Below, in pieces: positions 63,721 through 64,000 of a DNA stretch of 64,000 bases. The stretch is from Dictyostelium discoideum. Its lineage: Eukaryota. The notes beneath the pieces are model-generated. The model saw nothing but the letters and a program-made list of their open reading frames with translations, was not told the DNA's origin and ran no database searches. Both the position numbers and the translations under genes were made by a program. The DNA lies in the NCBI GenBank assembly GCA_000004695.1, contig CM000153.2:4160001-4224000 (forward strand). The letters run 5' to 3'. Within the stretch, counting starts at the first letter, position 1; every line of letters begins with the position of its first letter.

Positions 63721-63818
63721 CTATAAAAAGGGTAGTATAATAATAATAATTAAGTTAGTAAAAGAAAATCGGTTGTCTATTATTATTATTTGTTATTTGT
63801 TATTATTATTTTTTTACC

Positions 63819-64000
63819 TTTTTTAAAGAAAGTGAATAAATTTCTTTAATCCATGAATCATCACTTGAGAATTTTAATTTCTCTAATAAGGAAATCTCTT
63901 CTTGATATGTTAATAAATGATTTTTAGTTAAAGATTCAAATGCTTCAAAACAATTATAATCTGTTAATAGGGCTTTAATATACCAAAATTTAGCTTTCTT
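63819..64000 (-). CDS. anapc6: CDC16/APC6 upstream exon. The 5' end lies beyond the window edge.
   Basis: ...KAKFWYIKALLTDYNCFEAFESLTKNHLLTYQEEISLLEKLKFSSDDSWIKEIYSLSLKK, then a GTAAAA donor. Intron 63721..63818. Confidence 0.6.

Overview
This window is AT-rich eukaryotic nuclear DNA with the signatures of Dictyostelium discoideum: in-frame (AAT)n and (CAA)n tracts coding poly-Asn/poly-Gln, 80-150 nt introns with GTAAGT donors and AG acceptors, and oligo(A)/oligo(T) intergenic spacers. It is not prokaryotic, so there are no operons, CRISPR arrays or a defence island. No tRNA or rRNA gene and no recognisable transposon was found. About 20 protein-coding genes are supported. Most have introns, which the six-frame ORF track does not show. 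The track also counts TTG as a start codon, so several ORF 5' ends in it are not true starts.

Genes identified, in window order:
- A long NagB-II-type glucosamine-6-phosphate deaminase fused to a C-terminal LmbE/PIG-L deacetylase domain (2 exons, minus strand).
- A secreted peptidase-C45 / acyl-CoA:6-APA acyltransferase-like protein.
- The mitochondrial rRNA dimethyladenosine transferase TFB1M.
- A tandem cluster of 2OG-Fe(II) oxygenase genes with one intact copy and two decayed copies.
- Three paralogous two-exon genes encoding Gln/Pro-rich proteins of unknown family.
- The large BTAF1/Mot1 SNF2 ATPase (2 exons, about 2005 aa).
- An RRM plus R3H RNA-binding protein.
- PIG-C, the GPI-GlcNAc transferase subunit (4 exons, minus strand).
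- A 767-aa WD40-repeat protein whose first exon is only the ATG.
- A small secreted Cys-rich protein and one unknown 442-aa protein.
- SUMO (3 exons).
- A secreted Ser/Gly-rich protein with three near-identical internal repeats.
- A minimal FYVE-finger protein.
- CDC16/APC6, truncated 5' by the window edge.

The most unusual structure is a five-unit tandem array of about 3.7 kb per unit spanning 18.6-37.2 kb. Each unit is a 7-exon gene encoding a signal peptide, plant-type extracellular LRRs, tenascin-like EGF repeats, a Ser-rich stalk, one transmembrane helix and a short cytoplasmic tail. The cores are near-identical and surround a mosaic variable patch. Unit 3 carries a disabling deletion, unit 5 a unit-specific insertion, and the stalk and tail differ between units. 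This fits a recently duplicated cell-surface receptor family undergoing gene conversion. Product names are inferred by eye from motifs and remembered homologues. No database search was run.
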